Shown here piece by piece: positions 61,448 through 64,000 of a stretch of 64,000 bases of DNA. Position 1 is the first letter of the stretch. Each line of letters begins with the position of its first letter. The translations under genes and the position numbers were made by a program. The DNA is from Candidatus Eiseniibacteriota bacterium (GTDB lineage: Bacteria > Eisenbacteria > RBG-16-71-46 > CAIMUX01 > VGJL01), in the NCBI GenBank assembly GCA_963792585.1, contig CAWBWI010000001.1, forward strand, positions 640,001-704,000. The letters run 5' to 3'. The notes under the pieces are model-generated. The model was given only the letters and a program-made list of their open reading frames with translations, was not told the DNA's origin and did no database searches.

Positions 61448-62836
61448 ATGCGCGTCACCGCGGCCCTGGCGCTTCTCTTCTTCGCCGCGACCGGCGCGGG
61501 CGCGACGCCGGCGGGTCTCTCGGCCGAGCTGGCGGGCAAGGGCGCGCCGGCGGGCGTGGCCGTGAGCATCTGCTTCGCGCCGATTTGCGGAGATGGTCCG
61601 CGCGTCTCGCTGGATGCGGAACGGCCCCTGCCGCCGGCAAGCGTCCAGAAGATCGTCACGTCGGCGGCCGTCCTCGATCTCCTGGGACCGGATCACACCT
61701 TCGAGACCCGCGTGCGCGCGGACGGCTCGATCCAGGGGCCTCGCATGGATGGAAACCTCTATCTGGAGGGGGACGGGGATCCTTTCCTGGTCTCCGAGCG
61801 GCTCTGGCTGCTCGCCCAGGACCTCGCGGCGACGGGACTTCGCGAGGTCGGCGGCTCCCTCATCGTCAACGCGAGAAGGGTCGCGGACCTCGACTCGATC
61901 CGCATCGCCGAACGCACCGATAGCCCCTATGCGTCGCCCGTCTCGCGACTCGGGGTCAACTTCAACAATCTCTGTTTTCTCGTGCGTCCTGCCCCGCGGG
62001 CTGGGGCGCCCGCCTTCGTCGCCTGCGATCCGTATCCCGTTGCAGGGGTCTCGATCGACAACCAGGTCCGCACAGGGGCGGCGGCTCCCATCGAGATGAC
62101 CCGATCCTCATGGAAGGGAGCGGAACGGTGGACGGTGCGGGGCTCGGTTCCCCCCGACGCGACGCCCGAGCGCATTTATCGCGCGGCCGCGGATCCCGCC
62201 CGCCTCGCAGGGAGCGTTCTGATGGGCCTCATGAAGGAGACCGGCATTGTCGTGCGCACGGTCGCCGCGGGGGCCGCGCCCAAGAGCGCGCCGGTCGTCG
62301 CCCGTCTCTCTTCGTTGCCTCTGGGCGAGTTGGTGCGGAGCATGAACGGCTACAGCAACAACTTCATGGCCGACCTCCTGCTCGCCGACATCGGCGAGGG
62401 AAGCGCGCGCGTTGGGGCGGAACGCGTCCGCGGGTGGCTCGCGCAGAGCGTTGGTTTGCGGTCCCTTCCGGAGATCCGGGACGGAAGCGGCCTCTCCGGC
62501 GCGAATCGGATCTCCGCCGCGCAGATCGTCGGGGTTCTGGAATGGGCCTCCCGAAGCGAGCGGGTCTTCCCGGACCTGTACGCTTCCCTGCCCCGGCCGC
62601 ACGGTTCCGGGACCCTCGAGAAGCGCTTCCGCGACGCGAGCGCTCCCGCGGTGCGCGCCAAGACGGGCACGCTCGGGGATCGGGGGGTATCGAGCATCGC
62701 AGGCTACATCGACACCGCCGCGGGGGAGCGCTATGCCTTCTGCATCATCCAGCAGGCATCGCCCGAGTCGGGAGTCAAGGTCGCCGACCTGCGCGCCCGT
62801 GAGGAGGCCTGGCTCCGCCTCTTCGTGGCACCTTGA
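61448..62836 (+). CDS. dacB: D-Ala-D-Ala carboxypeptidase/endopeptidase PBP4
   Basis: PASVQK (SxxK), SNN, DGSGLS, AKTGT; signal peptide. Confidence 0.92.
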   Translation: MRVTAALALLFFAATGAGATPAGLSAELAGKGAPAGVAVSICFAPICGDGPRVSLDAERPLPPASVQKIVTSAAVLDLLGPDHTFETRVRADGSIQGPRMDGNLYLEGDGDPFLVSERLWLLAQDLAATGLREVGGSLIVNARRVADLDSIRIAERTDSPYASPVSRLGVNFNNLCFLVRPAPRAGAPAFVACDPYPVAGVSIDNQVRTGAAAPIEMTRSSWKGAERWTVRGSVPPDATPERIYRAAADPARLAGSVLMGLMKETGIVVRTVAAGAAPKSAPVVARLSSLPLGELVRSMNGYSNNFMADLLLADIGEGSARVGAERVRGWLAQSVGLRSLPEIRDGSGLSGANRISAAQIVGVLEWASRSERVFPDLYASLPRPHGSGTLEKRFRDASAPAVRAKTGTLGDRGVSSIAGYIDTAAGERYAFCIIQQASPESGVKVADLRAREEAWLRLFVAP

Positions 62837-62882
62837 GAAGCGCCGAGAACGGTATCCCGGCTCCGATGTCGGGGTCGCACGA

Positions 62883-63776
62883 TCAGGAGAGCGAGAACCC
62901 CACGGGCTGGATCTCGAGGGCGAGGTCGACGCCGGCGGTCTCGCGCACGCGCGCGCGCACCGCTTCGATGAGCGCGACGACTTCGCGGGCTGTCCCACCC
63001 CCTTCGTTGATGATGTAGTTCGCGTGAAGCGTGCTGACGACCGCCGCGCCGCGGCGCATCCCTTTGCATCCCGCCGCCTCGATCAATCGGCCCGCCGACG
63101 TGCCGGGGGGATTGCGGAAGACCGAGCCGCAGGAAGCGCCGATCGGAGTCTTCGCGCGTCGCTCTGCGGAGATGCGCGCAATCTCGGACACCAGGATGAC
63201 GGGATCGCCCTTCTCCAGGCGGAATCGCGCGGCGACGACCGCGGGACCGGCGGGATCGCGTCCCTTCAAGCAGGATGCGCGATAGGCGTATTCCATCCGC
63301 GCGGGCGCCCAGGTCTCGCGCGTGCCGTCGGATTGAACGATCTCGACGTCGATCAGCCTTGATGCGATATCGCCGCCGTAGGCGCCTGCATTCCCGATGA
63401 CTGCGCCGGCGACCGTCCCGGGGATTCCCTCCGCCCAGACAAGACCGGACCACCCCGCGCGGGCCGTCTCCCGCGCGAGGCCGGCGAGGGGCATGCGCGC
63501 TTGTGCCCGCACCCAGGCGCCGTCGCCATCGGCCTCGATCGCCCGCGCGCGTCCCGCGTACCGGATCACCATTCCCGGGTAACCCTCATCGGCTACGAGG
63601 ATGTTGCTGCCCCCGCCCAGGAGGAAGACGGGCCAACCCTGCGCGGCCGCCTCTCGGCGCGCTGCGGTCAACTCATCGGGATTGCGCGGCTCGGCAAAAG
63701 CGCGGGAAGGGCCGCCGATCCGCCACGTCGTCAGCGGGGCGAGGGGGACGCCGTTGCGGATCGAGATCTCGTTCAC
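62883..63776 (-). CDS. murB: UDP-N-acetylenolpyruvoylglucosamine reductase
   Basis: TTWRIGG, GGGSN, GIPGTVAGA..NAGAYG, SCGSVFRNP, HANYIIN. Confidence 0.95.
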   Translation of the reverse strand: MNEISIRNGVPLAPLTTWRIGGPSRAFAEPRNPDELTAARREAAAQGWPVFLLGGGSNILVADEGYPGMVIRYAGRARAIEADGDGAWVRAQARMPLAGLARETARAGWSGLVWAEGIPGTVAGAVIGNAGAYGGDIASRLIDVEIVQSDGTRETWAPARMEYAYRASCLKGRDPAGPAVVAARFRLEKGDPVILVSEIARISAERRAKTPIGASCGSVFRNPPGTSAGRLIEAAGCKGMRRGAAVVSTLHANYIINEGGGTAREVVALIEAVRARVRETAGVDLALEIQPVGFSLS

Positions 63777-64000
63777 CGCTCTTCTTCCGGCGCGTCCTGA
63801 ACGGCAGGCAACGCCTCCGGCTTCGGCGGCGCGGGAATGACGAGTGAGGCGAAGACGGAGGCGCCGAGCAGCGTGGCCACGATGGCGAGCGAGATGCCGA
63901 CCGGAACCTCTACGAAGTGGCTCGTGGCCATCTTCAGACCGACGAAACAGAGAACGAACGCCAGACCGTAGCGCAGGAACCGGAGGCGATCGACGAGGGC
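63773..64000 (-). CDS. TerC/Alx family membrane protein, C-terminal fragment (5' end outside window)
   Basis: Manual translation ALVDRLRFLRYGLAFVLCFVGLKM...ISLAIVATLLGASVFASL...EEER*; TGA overlaps the murB GTG. Confidence 0.75.
   Translation of the reverse strand, partial: ALVDRLRFLRYGLAFVLCFVGLKMATSHFVEVPVGISLAIVATLLGASVFASLVIPAPPKPEALPAVQDAPEEER

Overview
High-GC diderm bacterial window. Its gene content (lipid A acyltransferase, TonB receptor, PorV-like protein, Myxococcus-like pil cluster) suggests an uncultured FCB-related lineage such as Ca. Eisenbacteria; this is inference only. In order it holds: a type IVa pilus operon (ABC ATPase/permease/PilG-like, pilD, pilMNOPQ); a complete IS1/IS1595-like element with 23-bp terminal inverted repeats; a minus-strand minor-pilin cluster whose PilW-position gene is a ~946-aa FN3/lectin-like giant pilin coupled to a UshA-like CxC protein; and a divergent three-gene cassette (TonB-dependent receptor, ~1,030-aa T9SS-CTD-like protein, PorV-like barrel). 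Housekeeping genes follow: tatA/B, aroK, rsmD, coaD, obgE, dprA, ino1, glmM/glmS, lepA/lepB, hemW, leucine-degradation liu genes, dnaJ, rsmE, dacB, murB, plus tRNA-Phe, tRNA-Thr and tRNA-Sec. Highlights are (1) an archaeal/eukaryal-type PheRS (pheST) with a Zn-ribbon insertion in PheT, together with a tRNA-Phe whose core looks archaeal/eukaryal, (2) the TBDR-CTD cargo-PorV cassette, and (3) the giant modular minor pilin. Two zones (~13.6-19.9 kb and ~55.3-60.0 kb) have many single-base frameshifts that are most likely assembly errors.
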